The notes beneath the pieces were generated by a model, which saw only the letters and a list, made by a program, of their open reading frames with translations, had not been told where the DNA came from and did no database searches. A program made the translations under genes and the position numbers. A DNA stretch of 64,000 nt from Oscillospiraceae bacterium (lineage in GTDB: Bacteria > Bacillota > Clostridia > Oscillospirales > Ruminococcaceae), in the NCBI GenBank assembly GCA_900768245.1, contig CAAGCE010000241.1:7187-71186 (forward strand), given 5' to 3'. This document shows, piece by piece, positions 25,636 to 37,676 of this stretch; the first letter of the stretch is position 1, and the number at the start of each line of letters is the position of its first letter.

Positions 25636-26679
25636 ATGAATACATTTTGGTCGATATTAATTGCAATTGTGATCTTTTGTGTGATCGTACTTGTTCATGA
25701 ATTCGGACATTATTTTGTCGCAAAGCTATGCGGAATAAGAGTCGATGAATTTTCAATAGGCATGGGACCTGTCATATATAAAAAAATGGGTAAAGAAACT
25801 CTCTTTACAGTCAGAGCACTTCCGATAGGCGGTGCTTGTATGATGGGTGAAGATGTTGATGAGGAACGTTCCGATTCGTTCAGAAAAAAGCCTGTGCCTC
25901 AGAAAATGGCTGTAATCGTTGCAGGGGCTTTTATGAACATTGTTCTTGGCTTTGTAATTGCAGTCGCTGCACTGATAATCAGCGGAAAAGCCGTAACATC
26001 GACTATTGTTTATTTTTCGGACGATGCAGTAAGCACACAATATGGACTTCAGCTGAATGATACCATTGTAAAAATAAACGGTACAAGAATATTTACTGCC
26101 AAAGACATAACGTATCAGCTTAGCAGCGATGATGACGGTATTGTTGATTTTGTAGTCAAGCGTGACGGAAAAAAGGTAGAACTTAATGGCGTACACTTTG
26201 CAATGGCTTACAATGAAGAAACCGGCACACAGACCTTGACTTATGATTTTAAGGTAGCTGCCGAAAAGGTCACTTTTGCAAATATTATTCCGTATGCATT
26301 CAAAAACTGTATTTACTATGGGAGAATAGTGCTTATGTCGCTCCGTGACCTTATCATAGGGAAGTATGGCATAAACGACCTGCAGGGGCCGGTGGGAATC
26401 GTTACGGCAATAGGAAGTACAGCCACAGAATCGGGTTTTGATATTGATTTCCTTTTACAGATGGCAACACTTATTACAATAAATATCGGTATCTTTAACC
26501 TTCTTCCTATACCTGCATTGGACGGCGGAAGATTTGTATTTCTTGTAATTGAAGCTATAAGAAGAAAGCCTATGAAAGCAGAAGTTGAGGGTATGATACA
26601 CTTTGTTGGATTTGCACTTCTTATGCTGCTTATGATCGTTGTGACATTTAATGATATAAAGAATATCTTTGTAAAATAA
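25636..26679 (+). CDS. rseP: Site-2 (RIP) zinc metalloprotease RseP/RasP with PDZ domain
   Basis: HEFGHYFVAKL HExxH motif in TM1, LDGG motif in C-terminal TM. Confidence 0.85.
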   Translation: MNTFWSILIAIVIFCVIVLVHEFGHYFVAKLCGIRVDEFSIGMGPVIYKKMGKETLFTVRALPIGGACMMGEDVDEERSDSFRKKPVPQKMAVIVAGAFMNIVLGFVIAVAALIISGKAVTSTIVYFSDDAVSTQYGLQLNDTIVKINGTRIFTAKDITYQLSSDDDGIVDFVVKRDGKKVELNGVHFAMAYNEETGTQTLTYDFKVAAEKVTFANIIPYAFKNCIYYGRIVLMSLRDLIIGKYGINDLQGPVGIVTAIGSTATESGFDIDFLLQMATLITINIGIFNLLPIPALDGGRFVFLVIEAIRRKPMKAEVEGMIHFVGFALLMLLMIVVTFNDIKNIFVK

Positions 26680-26697
26680 AGTATCGGAGAGATAAAA

Positions 26698-27735
26698 ATG
26701 CGTAGAGTCACACCTGTAAAGATAAAAGACATTACACTTGATGGAAAACATATTTACATTCAGTCTATGCTGAGTGTACCGTCATATGATGTTGAGGGGA
26801 ATGTAAGACAGGCAAAAGCACTTGAAGAAGCAGGCTGCGAGATAGTAAGAGTTTCGATACCTGACGAAAAAGCGTTGGAGCTTATTCCTGCAATAAAAAA
26901 TGAAATAAATATTCCGTTGGTTGCGGATATTCATTTTAATTATAAGCTTGCTCTTGAAAGCATAAGCCGTGGTATTGATAAGATAAGGATAAATCCGGGC
27001 AATATAGGAAGTCATGAACGTGTAAAGGCTGTTGCGGACGCTTGCCGTGTAAATGGTATTCCTATAAGAATAGGTGTTAATTCAGGTTCTGTTGAAAAGG
27101 AAATACTTGCTAAATATGGTTCTCCTACGGCAGAAGCCTTGGTCGAAAGTGCTTTGAACCATGCAAAGCTGCTTGAAGAATGTGACTTTTATGATACGGT
27201 AATTTCGATAAAATCTTCTGATGTAAACACAATGATAAAAGGTTACAGGCTGCTTGCGAAAAAATGCAGCTATCCTCTTCATCTTGGCGTTACCGAAGCA
27301 GGTACAGCCCATATGGGACTTGTTAAGTCTGCAATAGGTATAGGCTCGCTGCTTTCGGACGGTATAGGCGAAACCATAAGAGTATCTCTCACAGCTGACC
27401 CTGTGGAAGAGATTTACGCTGCAAAGGATATTCTTAAAGCACTTGGAAAGGGCAGCGGTGTAAAGCTTGTTTCCTGTCCGACCTGCGGAAGAACAAGGAT
27501 AAATCTTATCGACCTTGCGAGAAAGGTTGAAAATGCGGTAAAGGATATTGATAAGGATATTACTGTTGCCGTTATGGGCTGTGTTGTAAACGGTCCCGGA
27601 GAAGCACATGAAGCTGATCTGGGAATTGCAGGCGGTGACGGCTGTGCGGTTTTGTTTAAAAAAGGCGAGGTCCTCCGAAAGGTTGCGGAAGAGGATATTC
27701 TTTCGGAACTGCTTGCGGAGATCGAAAAGTTTTAG
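26698..27735 (+). CDS. ispG: 4-hydroxy-3-methylbut-2-enyl diphosphate synthase (flavodoxin)
   Basis: GcpE family, C-terminal CPTCGR / GCVVNGPGE cluster. Confidence 0.9.
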   Translation: MRRVTPVKIKDITLDGKHIYIQSMLSVPSYDVEGNVRQAKALEEAGCEIVRVSIPDEKALELIPAIKNEINIPLVADIHFNYKLALESISRGIDKIRINPGNIGSHERVKAVADACRVNGIPIRIGVNSGSVEKEILAKYGSPTAEALVESALNHAKLLEECDFYDTVISIKSSDVNTMIKGYRLLAKKCSYPLHLGVTEAGTAHMGLVKSAIGIGSLLSDGIGETIRVSLTADPVEEIYAAKDILKALGKGSGVKLVSCPTCGRTRINLIDLARKVENAVKDIDKDITVAVMGCVVNGPGEAHEADLGIAGGDGCAVLFKKGEVLRKVAEEDILSELLAEIEKF

Positions 27736-27750
27736 GAGTTGTAAAATTCA

Positions 27751-30700
27751 ATGCTTATAAAAGAGTTGTTTTCCGAATACATAGATCTGATACCCAATTC
27801 AATAGGCAGAGGTGAAATGCTTAAGCTGGAGCATACTGTCGATATGAAGGAGCTCTATATCTATGCGTCATACGACCAGATACAGAACAGTGAATATGTA
27901 TCTGATTTTGAAAGAGAACTCTGTAAGGCTTTGAATTTGAGAATTATCAATCTTATATGCAGATATGCACCGAATCTTTTCAGCGAACGTGCTTTGCCTG
28001 AGCTTGTTGAGCGTCTGAAAAGACGTATGTATGTCATTAACGGTCATCTTAAAGGTGCGTTCTATAATGTTGACGGAAACAAGGTGACCATTGCAATGAA
28101 AGGTGCAGGCTATAATATGCTGCACAACGCAGGCTTTGAGCGTGAGCTTGCCAAAATAATAAAAGAATATTTTCAGCTTGATGTGACTGTTATGCTTGAA
28201 AAGATCAATGATGCGGCACAGGAAAATTCGGCTGAAAATTATGCAAAAGCACTTCAGTCTGTATATGAAAATATGCCTGTTCCCGAAGATATACCGCCTG
28301 AAGATCCGTCCGCAGCTTATAATACTGATATGTCAGCCGAGGAACTTGTTACCGTTAATTATAAGGATCTGCCGATACTTTCTGACGGTGCGGAGCTTAT
28401 AAAGGGCAGGAAAATTGATTCTCCTGTTATAAATATAGGTGATATTAAAGGCAAGGTAAGCAACGTTACGATATGGGGCGATGTTTTCGATTATCAGGAG
28501 CGTGAAATTAGAACCAAAAATGGCGAAAAACGTGTTGTGTCGCTCAGTATTACTGACTATACAAGCTCCATTTCAATAAAAAGCTTTGAAAATAAAGATG
28601 ATGAAAATATACTTGGCAAATTTGCAAAGGGCGGAACTCTTCTTGTAAGGGGACGTGCCGAATTTGATACTTTTGAAAATGAACTTGTTTTCAAGGCAAA
28701 TGATATAATGAAGGTAAAGCGTATTGAACGTATGGATAATGCGGAAGAAAAGCGTGTTGAGCTTCATCTTCATACAAATATGTCAATGATGGACGCTATC
28801 ACTCCTGCATCAAAGCTTGTACAGCGTGCATACAAATGGGGACATAAGGCTATTGCCATTACTGACCATGGCGTTGTTCAGGCATTCCCGGAAGCAAGTG
28901 CTACTGTTGCCGATATAAGAAAAGGCGGCGGTGAATTTAAGCTTATTTATGGCTGTGAAGCATATTCTGTAAACGACTGCGAAGAAGCAGTTCGCTTGTG
29001 TGAGAATAAAGACATAAAGGACGAGCTTATTGTTTTTGACCTTGAAACAACAGGCTTTAATGCACAGGCAGAGCGTATTATTGAGATCGGTGCGGTAAAG
29101 CTTTCTAACCTTGAAATAACAGATACCTTTCAGACTTTTGTTGACCCTGCAAAGCCTATACCGAAAAGAATAACAGAGCTGACGGGTATTACCAAGGAGG
29201 ATGTAAAGGGCGCACCTTCACAGGAAGAAGCTTTGAAAAGCTTTATTGAATTCTGCGGCAATAAGCCCGTGCTTATTGCGCATAATGCGGGATTTGACTG
29301 CTCATTTGTAGAGGCAGGCTGTAAACGATACGGCTATGACTTTAAATTTTCAATGATAGATACTGTCGTTATGAGCAGAAGTATGCTGCCTGAGCTATCA
29401 CGTCATAAGCTTGACAGCGTTGCCAAGGAGCTGAAGCTGGGTGAATTTGACCATCACCGTGCAATAGATGATGCCAAAATGCTTGCCCGTATTTTCATAA
29501 AGCTTATCCAGCGTCTTATCGATGAAAATAAGATAATAAAAATATCCGAGATAAATGAGTGCGTAAAAAATGTTGACCCACGCCTTTTGAAAATGTATCA
29601 TCAGATAATTCTTGTAAAGGACGCAATAGGTCTGAAAAATCTTTATAAGCTGATTTCTTTCAGCAACCTTAAATATTATCGACGCAAGCCGAGAATACCT
29701 ATTTCCGAGGTAATAAAGCACCGTGAGGGTCTTATCCTCGGAAGTGCCTGTGAAGCGGGAGAGGTTTTCAATGCTGTAAAGGAAGGCCGTCCGTGGGAGG
29801 ACATAAAGAAGATAGCAAGATTTTACGACTATCTTGAAATTCAGCCTGTCGGAAACAATGAGTTTCTTATCCGTGACCCCGAACAGCCTGCATATAATAC
29901 TATTGAAGACCTTCAGGAGCTTAACAAAAAAATCGTTCAGCTTGGCGAAGAGCTTGGAATACCTGTTGTAGCTACCTGCGATGTTCACTTTATGGATAAG
30001 TCTGATGCTATTTTCAGACGTATTCTTCAGCAGGGCGGTATGAAGATGAAAGATGCTGAGCATCAGCCTCCGCTTTATCTCCGAACAACAGAAGAAATGC
30101 TTGAAGAATTTGCTTATCTTGGAAAAGAAAAGGCTTATGAAGTTGTTGTAACAAATACAAATATGGTAGCCGATTGGGTAAATCCCGATATTGTTCCGAT
30201 ACCGCCGGGAACTTTTACTCCTGAAATTGACGGTGCGGAAGAGGATCTCCAGCGTATCACATGGGCAAAATGCAGGGAGATCTATGGCGACCCTGTTCCG
30301 GAGCTTGTTGCAAAGCGTCTTGACCGTGAGCTGTGCTCTATTATAAAGCACGGTTTCTCTGTGCTTTATATGATCGCACAGAAGCTTGTTGCAAATTCAA
30401 ATGAACACGGCTATCAGGTAGGTTCACGAGGTTCGGTAGGTTCGTCATTCGTTGCGTCAATGGCAGGCATATCCGAGGTCAATCCGCTGCCGCCCCATTA
30501 TATCTGTCCAAAATGCAAACACAGCGAGTTTATAACGGACGGTTCTGTAAGCTCAGGCTTTGACCTTCCGCCGAAGGACTGTCCTGAATGTGGTACTCCG
30601 TATAACCGAAACGGACACGATATTCCGTTTGAAACATTCCTTGGCTTTGACGGTGATAAAGCGCCTGATATTGACCTTAACTTTTCAGGCGAGTACCAGA

Positions 30701-32094
30701 CCTTTGCTCATAAATATACCGAAGAGCTTTTTGGTGTTGACAACGTGTTCAAAGCGGGAACTATCGGTTCAGTAGCGGATAAGACTGCTTACGGTTATGT
30801 TATGCATTACCTTGAAGATACAGGTCAGAGTGCAACAAAAGCGGAAATAAGCAGACTTACTATCGGCTGCACAGGCATTAAGCGTACAACGAGCCAGCAT
30901 CCGGGCGGAATGGTCGTTGTGCCGTCTAAATTTGAAGTGTATGATTTTACACCTGTACAGCACCCTGCCGATGACCCTAAATCCAATTTTATAACAACTC
31001 ACTTTGACTTCCATTCGCTTCATGATACTATACTGAAGCTTGATGAACTCGGACACGATGTTCCGACGTTATATAAGCACCTTGAAGACCTTACGGGTAT
31101 CAAAACCGATGATATTTTCCCCGGTGATGAAAAGGTTATGAGCTTGTATACGTCGCCTGAGGCTTTAGGGGTAACTCCCGAACAGATAGACAGCGAAACG
31201 GGAACGCTTGCGATACCTGAAATGGGTACAGCCTTTGCACGTCAGATGCTTATTGAATCACAGCCGACTAAGTTCTCCGACCTTTTGCAGATCTCGGGAC
31301 TTTCTCACGGTACTGACGTATGGCTCGGCAATGCACAGGAGCTTATCAGAAATAGGACATGTACGATTTCTGAGGTTATCGGCTGCCGTGACGGTATTAT
31401 GACATATCTTATTTATCACGGCATTGAACCGAAAACCGCATTTAAAATTATGGAGATAACCCGAAAGGGAAAAGCTCCGAAGCTTCTTACAGAGGAAATG
31501 AAGCAGGATATGCTTGCTCATGATGTTCCGCAATGGTACATAGACAGCTGTCTGAAAATCAAATATATGTTCCCGAAGGCTCATGCTGCCGCATACGTTA
31601 TTTCCGCAAACAGACTTGCATGGTATAAGGTATATTATCCGCTTGCGTTTTATGCAACTATTTTTACAGTCCGCGGTGAAGATTTTGATGCAGAATCTGC
31701 TGTTCAGGGTAAGGAAGCGGTAAGGTTCAAGCTGGACGAGCTTAAGAAAAAGGGAAACGAGCGTACTGCAAAGGAAAACTCAACATTTGATATGCTTATG
31801 ATAACAAATGAAATGATGCAGCGCGGATATGAGTTCCTGCCGATCGATATTTATAAATCACATAGTGTTGACTATCTTGTTGAGGACGGAAAAATAAGAC
31901 TTCCGTTCTGTGCAGCAAGCGGCGTCGGCGTAAATGCCGCAAAGGCAATATATGACGCTGTGCAGCAGGGTCCTTTGCTTTCCATAGATGAACTTCAGGA
32001 GCGAAGCGGCGCAACAAAGTCTGTTATCGAAACACTTGAAAGCATCGGTGCAATGGGTTCGCTGCCGAAATCAGACCAGATGTCATTGTTCTGA
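27751..32094 (+). CDS. polC: DNA polymerase III PolC-type (PHP, 3'-5' exonuclease, polymerase domains)
   Basis: 1447 aa; exonuclease motifs FDLETTG and HNAGFD; Gram-positive PolC layout. Confidence 0.95.
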   Translation: MLIKELFSEYIDLIPNSIGRGEMLKLEHTVDMKELYIYASYDQIQNSEYVSDFERELCKALNLRIINLICRYAPNLFSERALPELVERLKRRMYVINGHLKGAFYNVDGNKVTIAMKGAGYNMLHNAGFERELAKIIKEYFQLDVTVMLEKINDAAQENSAENYAKALQSVYENMPVPEDIPPEDPSAAYNTDMSAEELVTVNYKDLPILSDGAELIKGRKIDSPVINIGDIKGKVSNVTIWGDVFDYQEREIRTKNGEKRVVSLSITDYTSSISIKSFENKDDENILGKFAKGGTLLVRGRAEFDTFENELVFKANDIMKVKRIERMDNAEEKRVELHLHTNMSMMDAITPASKLVQRAYKWGHKAIAITDHGVVQAFPEASATVADIRKGGGEFKLIYGCEAYSVNDCEEAVRLCENKDIKDELIVFDLETTGFNAQAERIIEIGAVKLSNLEITDTFQTFVDPAKPIPKRITELTGITKEDVKGAPSQEEALKSFIEFCGNKPVLIAHNAGFDCSFVEAGCKRYGYDFKFSMIDTVVMSRSMLPELSRHKLDSVAKELKLGEFDHHRAIDDAKMLARIFIKLIQRLIDENKIIKISEINECVKNVDPRLLKMYHQIILVKDAIGLKNLYKLISFSNLKYYRRKPRIPISEVIKHREGLILGSACEAGEVFNAVKEGRPWEDIKKIARFYDYLEIQPVGNNEFLIRDPEQPAYNTIEDLQELNKKIVQLGEELGIPVVATCDVHFMDKSDAIFRRILQQGGMKMKDAEHQPPLYLRTTEEMLEEFAYLGKEKAYEVVVTNTNMVADWVNPDIVPIPPGTFTPEIDGAEEDLQRITWAKCREIYGDPVPELVAKRLDRELCSIIKHGFSVLYMIAQKLVANSNEHGYQVGSRGSVGSSFVASMAGISEVNPLPPHYICPKCKHSEFITDGSVSSGFDLPPKDCPECGTPYNRNGHDIPFETFLGFDGDKAPDIDLNFSGEYQTFAHKYTEELFGVDNVFKAGTIGSVADKTAYGYVMHYLEDTGQSATKAEISRLTIGCTGIKRTTSQHPGGMVVVPSKFEVYDFTPVQHPADDPKSNFITTHFDFHSLHDTILKLDELGHDVPTLYKHLEDLTGIKTDDIFPGDEKVMSLYTSPEALGVTPEQIDSETGTLAIPEMGTAFARQMLIESQPTKFSDLLQISGLSHGTDVWLGNAQELIRNRTCTISEVIGCRDGIMTYLIYHGIEPKTAFKIMEITRKGKAPKLLTEEMKQDMLAHDVPQWYIDSCLKIKYMFPKAHAAAYVISANRLAWYKVYYPLAFYATIFTVRGEDFDAESAVQGKEAVRFKLDELKKKGNERTAKENSTFDMLMITNEMMQRGYEFLPIDIYKSHSVDYLVEDGKIRLPFCAASGVGVNAAKAIYDAVQQGPLLSIDELQERSGATKSVIETLESIGAMGSLPKSDQMSLF

Positions 32095-32127
32095 TATGCT
32101 TTGTAAAAAAATTAACAATTAAAAATA

Positions 32128-32156
32128 TTGACTTTTTGAAGATATTGTGATATTAT
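32128..32156 (+). promoter_or_regulatory. his operon promoter TTGACT-17-TATTAT
   Basis: Hexamers at 32128-32133 and 32151-32156; short (~65 nt) leader, no T-box. Confidence 0.5.
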
Positions 32157-32220
32157 AGTATCAAGATGATGTGATACTACTTTACAACGCTAAAATATAA
32201 GTGATATAGGGAGAAAGAAA

Positions 32221-33432
32221 ATGAAGCGATATGATCTCATTACCCCTGAGGGTACAAACGATCTTCTTTTTGAAGATTGCGCAATAAGAAGAAGTGTTGA
32301 ACAGCGCATTGCCAGGATATTTAAATCAAAGGGATATTGCGAGGTCGTAACTCCGGGAATTGAATTTTTTGATGTTTTCAATCTTAATTCAAGATATTTT
32401 CCGCAGGAGAGTATGTATAAGCTTGTTGACAATAAGGGCAGACTTCTTGTTGTCCGTCCTGATTCAACAATGCCTATTGCAAGAGTTGCGGCAACAAGAC
32501 TCCGTGAAGTACCTCTTCCTCTGAGAATGTTTTACAGCCAGAACGTATATCGCAACAAGCCTGTTATGAGAGGCAGAAGCGATGAAATAAAGCAGATGGG
32601 TATTGAGCTTATCGGTTCGGCATCAAGAAGAGCGGATCTTGAAGTTATCACAACGGCTATCGAGGTTCTTGCGTCCTGTGATGAAGAAAAGTTCCGTTTT
32701 GAAATAGGTGATATAGGATTTTTCAGAGAGCTTGTTTCAAAGCTTGATACAGATGACGGCACAAAGGAGCAGATAAGAAGTCTTATTGAAGTAAAGAACT
32801 ATCCTGCACTTAATGACCTTCTTGACAGCATCGGTGATAATCAGATAACAAATGCACTCAAACAGCTTCCACGTCTTTTTGGCGGCGTTGAGGTATTTGA
32901 AAAGGCTTCACAGCTTTTTGCTGATGAAAAGATCGATAAAATTCTTTCTGACCTTAAATCAATTTATACAAATATTGCCGCACTCGGTTATGACGGCAAA
33001 ATAACGATCGACCTCGGTATCGTAAACAAAATGGATTACTATACAGGCGTTGTTATCAAAGGCTATCTTGAAGGCTACGGTGATGCGGTACTTTCAGGCG
33101 GACGCTATAACAAGCTTCTTGCTGAATTTGGCTATGATGTTCCCGCAACAGGCTTTGCCGTTAATATTGATGCAGCCGCAAAGCTTATCAAGCGTTCAAA
33201 TACATACAAAGCACCTGCTGCCGACGCTGTTGTTTTTGCAGATAACGGTTATGAAATGGCAGGTCTGAAATATGCAAGAAAGCTTATCGGTGAGGGACTT
33301 ACCGTTGAAAATTCAGTTTTTGATACTTTGGAGGAAACTGAAAAGTATGCTGTTGAAAAGCATATAAAGAAGCTCGTTTATGTATCCGAGAAAATTACCG
33401 AAACAGTTCTGGGGGTGTCCGACGATGAATAA
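32221..33432 (+). CDS. hisZ: ATP phosphoribosyltransferase regulatory subunit HisZ (HisRS paralog)
   Basis: Class-II aaRS-like fold without anticodon-binding domain, directly upstream of short-form hisG. Confidence 0.8.
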   Translation: MKRYDLITPEGTNDLLFEDCAIRRSVEQRIARIFKSKGYCEVVTPGIEFFDVFNLNSRYFPQESMYKLVDNKGRLLVVRPDSTMPIARVAATRLREVPLPLRMFYSQNVYRNKPVMRGRSDEIKQMGIELIGSASRRADLEVITTAIEVLASCDEEKFRFEIGDIGFFRELVSKLDTDDGTKEQIRSLIEVKNYPALNDLLDSIGDNQITNALKQLPRLFGGVEVFEKASQLFADEKIDKILSDLKSIYTNIAALGYDGKITIDLGIVNKMDYYTGVVIKGYLEGYGDAVLSGGRYNKLLAEFGYDVPATGFAVNIDAAAKLIKRSNTYKAPAADAVVFADNGYEMAGLKYARKLIGEGLTVENSVFDTLEETEKYAVEKHIKKLVYVSEKITETVLGVSDDE

Positions 33433-34066
33433 TGAAAACAGAAAGCTGCGTATCGCTCTTACAAAGGGCAGACTTGAAAAGGACACGATAGGACTTCTCG
33501 AAAAAATGGGTTATGACTGTACAGCCGTAAGGGAAAAGGGCAGAAAGCTTATTCTTCCTGTCGGTGACTCGATCGAAGTCGTGCTTGCAAAGGCTGCCGA
33601 TGTTATTACATATGTTGAACACGGTGTATGTGATATGGGCGTCGTGGGCAAGGATACGATAATGGAGATGAACGGAAAGTTCTTTGAAGTGGTCGACCTT
33701 GGATTCGGACGCTGCAAATTTGCACTGGCAGGAAAAAAAGGCGATAACTTTTATCAGGGCTATAATGTAAAAACTATTGCTACAAAGTATCCAAATGTTT
33801 CACGCTCTTTCTTTGAAAAGAAGGGTATGGACGTTGAAATAGTAAAAATTGAGGGCAGCGTTGAGCTTGCACCGCTCCTTAACCTTTCGGATGCTATTGT
33901 TGATATTGTTGAAACAGGTACAACTCTTAAAGAAAACGGACTTGAAGTTTTTGAAGATGTGTGTCCTATTTCCGCAAGACTTATTGTAAATATGGTAAGC
34001 CTGAAAATTCGACAGCATGAAATTGAAGAGCTTATAAAAAATATTGAAGCCAATCTTGATAAATAA
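33425..34066 (+). CDS. hisG: ATP phosphoribosyltransferase (short form)
   Basis: MNNENRKLRIALTKGRLEK start; ~213 aa; overlaps hisZ stop. Confidence 0.85.
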   Translation: MNNENRKLRIALTKGRLEKDTIGLLEKMGYDCTAVREKGRKLILPVGDSIEVVLAKAADVITYVEHGVCDMGVVGKDTIMEMNGKFFEVVDLGFGRCKFALAGKKGDNFYQGYNVKTIATKYPNVSRSFFEKKGMDVEIVKIEGSVELAPLLNLSDAIVDIVETGTTLKENGLEVFEDVCPISARLIVNMVSLKIRQHEIEELIKNIEANLDK

Positions 34067-34085
34067 CTGAACGGAGGAAAAGCTG

Positions 34086-35375
34086 ATGATAAAGAAAATA
34101 TATGCCAATGGTGTTGATGAAAAAAACTTCCTCAAAGAGGTAGAAGCAAGAAATACCGAAAAGGATAAAAAGGTAAGCGAGATAGTTGCCGAAATTGCAG
34201 AAAATGTAAAAAAAGACGGCGACAAGGCGGTTAAGGACTATACACTTAAATTTGACGGAAAGCTCCCTGAATATTATGAAGTTCCGAGAGATGTTATAAA
34301 CGATGCCCTTAACGAAGCTGATTCGGATTTTGTAAATGCACTTCTCAATGCACAGGAAAATATCACAGCATTTCACCAGCGTCAGAAAGAGCAGGGATTT
34401 ATCGATCCGCAGGCTAACGGTGTAATTCTCGGACAGCGTGTAAGAGGTCTTGAAAGAGTAGGTCTTTATGTTCCGGGCGGCACAGCTGCATATCCTTCAT
34501 CAGTTCTTATGAACGCTATTCCTGCAAAGATCGCAGGCGTTAAAGAGATCATTATGGTAACTCCTCCCAAAAAGGACGGAACACCGAATAAGGACATTCT
34601 CGTTGCTGCTGCTATCTGCGGAGTAGACAGAATATTCCTCGCAGGCGGTGCACAGGCTATTGCAGCTCTTGCATACGGTACAGAAGAGATACCTAAGGTC
34701 GATAAGATCGTCGGACCGGGCAACATATTTGTTGCAACTGCAAAGAAAATGCTTTTTGGTCAGGTAGATATTGATATGGTAGCAGGACCAAGTGAGATCC
34801 TTGTTGTTGCAGATGAAACAGCTGACCCGAAATATCTTGCCGCTGACCTTATGTCACAGGCAGAGCACGATGTTCTTGCATCAGCTATCCTTATTACAAC
34901 AAGCGATGAAATTGCAGATAAAACTATTGCGGAGATAGAGCGTCAGAAGAAAGACCTTTCAAGAAAGGATATTATTGAAAAGTCTATTGATAATTACGGT
35001 GCCGTAATTGTTGCAAAATCTATTTATGATGCAATTGATATTGCCAACGGACTTGCTCCGGAACACCTTGAAATGCAGGTGGCAAATCCTATGGAATATC
35101 TGGGCAGACTTGATAACGCAGGTTCAATTTTCCTTGGAAAATATGCTCCTGAGCCGTTGGGCGATTACTATGCAGGTCCGAACCATGTTCTTCCTACAAG
35201 CGGTACAGCAAGATTTTTCTCGCCTTTGTCTGTAAACAGCTTTACAAAGCGTTCCAGCTTCATTTATTACACAGAACAGGCTCTTCTTGATGCCAAGGAC
35301 GACATTGTATGCATTGCAGAACGTGAAGGTCTTACAGCTCATGCCAATGCGATCAAGGTAAGATTTGAAAAGTAA
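34086..35375 (+). CDS. hisD: Histidinol dehydrogenase
   Basis: 429 aa; QAEHD motif, Zn-binding His residues. Confidence 0.9.
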   Translation: MIKKIYANGVDEKNFLKEVEARNTEKDKKVSEIVAEIAENVKKDGDKAVKDYTLKFDGKLPEYYEVPRDVINDALNEADSDFVNALLNAQENITAFHQRQKEQGFIDPQANGVILGQRVRGLERVGLYVPGGTAAYPSSVLMNAIPAKIAGVKEIIMVTPPKKDGTPNKDILVAAAICGVDRIFLAGGAQAIAALAYGTEEIPKVDKIVGPGNIFVATAKKMLFGQVDIDMVAGPSEILVVADETADPKYLAADLMSQAEHDVLASAILITTSDEIADKTIAEIERQKKDLSRKDIIEKSIDNYGAVIVAKSIYDAIDIANGLAPEHLEMQVANPMEYLGRLDNAGSIFLGKYAPEPLGDYYAGPNHVLPTSGTARFFSPLSVNSFTKRSSFIYYTEQALLDAKDDIVCIAEREGLTAHANAIKVRFEK

Positions 35376-35398
35376 CCCACCTGAAAGGAACTGCGCTA

Positions 35399-36460
35399 AT
35401 GTACGAGTTAAATGATAAACTGAAAAAAATCGAAGCATATGATCCGATCGAGGGCAGCTATAACATACGTCTTGATGCCAATGAATCCTGCTTCAATATA
35501 AATGATGTTCTCGGCGATAGAATTTCCGAAGCAATAAAAAAAGTTGCCCTGAACCGTTACCCTGACCCTATGGCAAAGGGTGCAGTAAAGGCTTTTTCCG
35601 AGCTTTATAATGTACCTGAAAAGTATATTACCGCAGGAAACGGTTCTGATGAGCTTATCAGTATTATTTGCGGCAGCTTTCTTGAAAAGAAAGATAAGGT
35701 GCTTACTCTTTCTCCTGACTTTTCAATGTATGCCTTTTACAGCGGACTTTATGAACTCAAAGTTGAAACCATGCATAAGGACGGCTCACTTAAAATAAAT
35801 GTTGCTGATGTGATTGAATACTGCAACAATAATGATATAAAGGCTGTTATTTTCTCAAATCCGTGTAATCCGACTTCACTTGGTCTGAAGCGTGAAGATG
35901 TTATCAGGCTTATAAAAAGTGTATGCTGTCTTGTTATAGTTGATGAGGCATATATGGATTTCTGGGATCAGAGTATCCTTGATGAAGTTGGCAATTATGA
36001 TAATCTTATCATTCTTAAAACCTGTTCAAAGGCATGGGGACTTGCTGCGATCCGTTTTGGCTTTGCAGCAGCTTCCGAAAAGATAACAGGTGCATTGAGA
36101 GCAGTTAAATCACCATATAATACTGACTCTGTTTCTCAGGCAGTAACAGAACTTGTTCTTTCCGAAAAAGAGCTGCTTAATGACTATTGTGCAAAGATAG
36201 TTGAAAGCAGAAAAGAGCTTCAGGCAGCACTTGAAAAGCTTGCTGAAAAATATACCGTTCTTGAAAGAGTTTATGATTCGGTTACAAACTTTATATTTAT
36301 AAAAACTCCTGCCGCAAAGGAGATCCACAGCAAGCTGCTTGAAAAATCAATTGCAATAAGATGTATGGGTGCATATATCAGAATTTCCGCAGGTACTAAG
36401 GAAGAAAATGCAGCAGTTATAGCTGCACTTGAAGATATTCTGCCGCAGGTGAAAAACTGA
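35399..36460 (+). CDS. hisC: Histidinol-phosphate aminotransferase
   Basis: Class-II aminotransferase; PLP lysine in CSKAWG context. Confidence 0.85.
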   Translation: MYELNDKLKKIEAYDPIEGSYNIRLDANESCFNINDVLGDRISEAIKKVALNRYPDPMAKGAVKAFSELYNVPEKYITAGNGSDELISIICGSFLEKKDKVLTLSPDFSMYAFYSGLYELKVETMHKDGSLKINVADVIEYCNNNDIKAVIFSNPCNPTSLGLKREDVIRLIKSVCCLVIVDEAYMDFWDQSILDEVGNYDNLIILKTCSKAWGLAAIRFGFAAASEKITGALRAVKSPYNTDSVSQAVTELVLSEKELLNDYCAKIVESRKELQAALEKLAEKYTVLERVYDSVTNFIFIKTPAAKEIHSKLLEKSIAIRCMGAYIRISAGTKEENAAVIAALEDILPQVKN

Positions 36461-36479
36461 AACATTTGGAGGGGTAACG

Positions 36480-37058
36480 ATGCGAAAAGCTGAAATAAGC
36501 CGCAAAACAGGTGAAACAGACATAACTGTAAAAATTGATCTTGACGGAAGCGGAAAGGCTGATATTTCCACAGGCATAGGTTTTTTTGACCATATGCTCA
36601 CAGCTCTTACCGTTCACAGCGGATTTGATATTACAGTAAAAGCCGTAGGGGACCTTTATGTTGACAGTCACCATACTGTTGAAGACACGGGAATAGTTCT
36701 CGGACAGGCTTTTAAAGAGGCTATCGGCGACAGAAAAGGGATCGAGAGATACGGTTCAGCATATATCCCTATGGACGAAGCTCTAGGTTTTGCAAGTCTT
36801 GACATCAGCAACCGACCTTTCCTTGTGTTCAAAGCAGATTTTCACGATGACAGAGCAGGCAATTTTGACACCTGCCTTACAGAAGAGTTTTTCAGAGCCT
36901 TTGCGTTCAACGGCGGAATAACTCTTCATGTGATCGAGGAGTACGGAAAAAATGACCACCACATTATCGAAGCAATGTTCAAAGCTGTTGCCCATGCACT
37001 TAAAACTGCTGCATCGGTAAACGGCGGACAGATTCTTTCTACAAAGGGCGTGTTATAA
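36480..37058 (+). CDS. hisB: Imidazoleglycerol-phosphate dehydratase (monofunctional)
   Basis: RKTGETDITVKIDLDG and HHTVEDTGI motifs. Confidence 0.9.
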   Translation: MRKAEISRKTGETDITVKIDLDGSGKADISTGIGFFDHMLTALTVHSGFDITVKAVGDLYVDSHHTVEDTGIVLGQAFKEAIGDRKGIERYGSAYIPMDEALGFASLDISNRPFLVFKADFHDDRAGNFDTCLTEEFFRAFAFNGGITLHVIEEYGKNDHHIIEAMFKAVAHALKTAASVNGGQILSTKGVL

Positions 37059-37661
37059 ATGATAGCGATCGTTGATTACGGTGCAGGCAATATTTTCAGC
37101 GTGAAAAATGCACTTGATTATATTGGTGTTGAAAATAAGCTTACATCTGATGTAAAAGACCTTGTCAATGCAGACCGGATAATTCTTCCCGGTGTCGGAG
37201 CATTTCCGTGGGCAATGAAAATGCTTAATAGCAGCGGACTTGTTGATGTTATCCGTGAACAGGCTAAGGTCAAACCTTTTCTTGGAATTTGTCTTGGAAT
37301 GCAGCTTATTTTTGATAAGGGATATGAATTTGAAGAAACAGACGGTCTTGGACTTATAAAAGGTACTGTAAAAAAAATTGAGCGTGACGACCTTTCGATA
37401 CCTCATATGGGTTGGAACAGCCTTATTGTAAACAATGAATGTCCTCTTCTTGACGGACTTTCTCAGGACGAGTATGTTTATTTTGTACATTCATATGCAG
37501 CTGTATGTGATGATAAAGATGTTGCAGCATATTGTGATTATGGCGGAAAAATAACCGCTCTCGTTTATGACGGCAAATATGTTTACGGTTCGCAGTTCCA
37601 CCCTGAAAAGAGCGGTGCTGCAGGACTTAAAATGCTAAAGAACTTTTCGGAACTGAAGTAA
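37059..37661 (+). CDS. hisH: Imidazole glycerol phosphate synthase glutaminase subunit
   Basis: Class-I GATase, GICLGMQ catalytic Cys. Confidence 0.9.
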   Translation: MIAIVDYGAGNIFSVKNALDYIGVENKLTSDVKDLVNADRIILPGVGAFPWAMKMLNSSGLVDVIREQAKVKPFLGICLGMQLIFDKGYEFEETDGLGLIKGTVKKIERDDLSIPHMGWNSLIVNNECPLLDGLSQDEYVYFVHSYAAVCDDKDVAAYCDYGGKITALVYDGKYVYGSQFHPEKSGAAGLKMLKNFSELK

Positions 37662-37676
37662 GGAGGGGAATATAAA

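Noticed and set aside
29398-30351. 317-aa ORF on the minus strand inside polC
   Set aside because: Entirely antisense to the highly conserved polC coding region, with low-complexity, Lys/Ile/Phe-rich translation typical of AT-rich antisense frames; no RBS.
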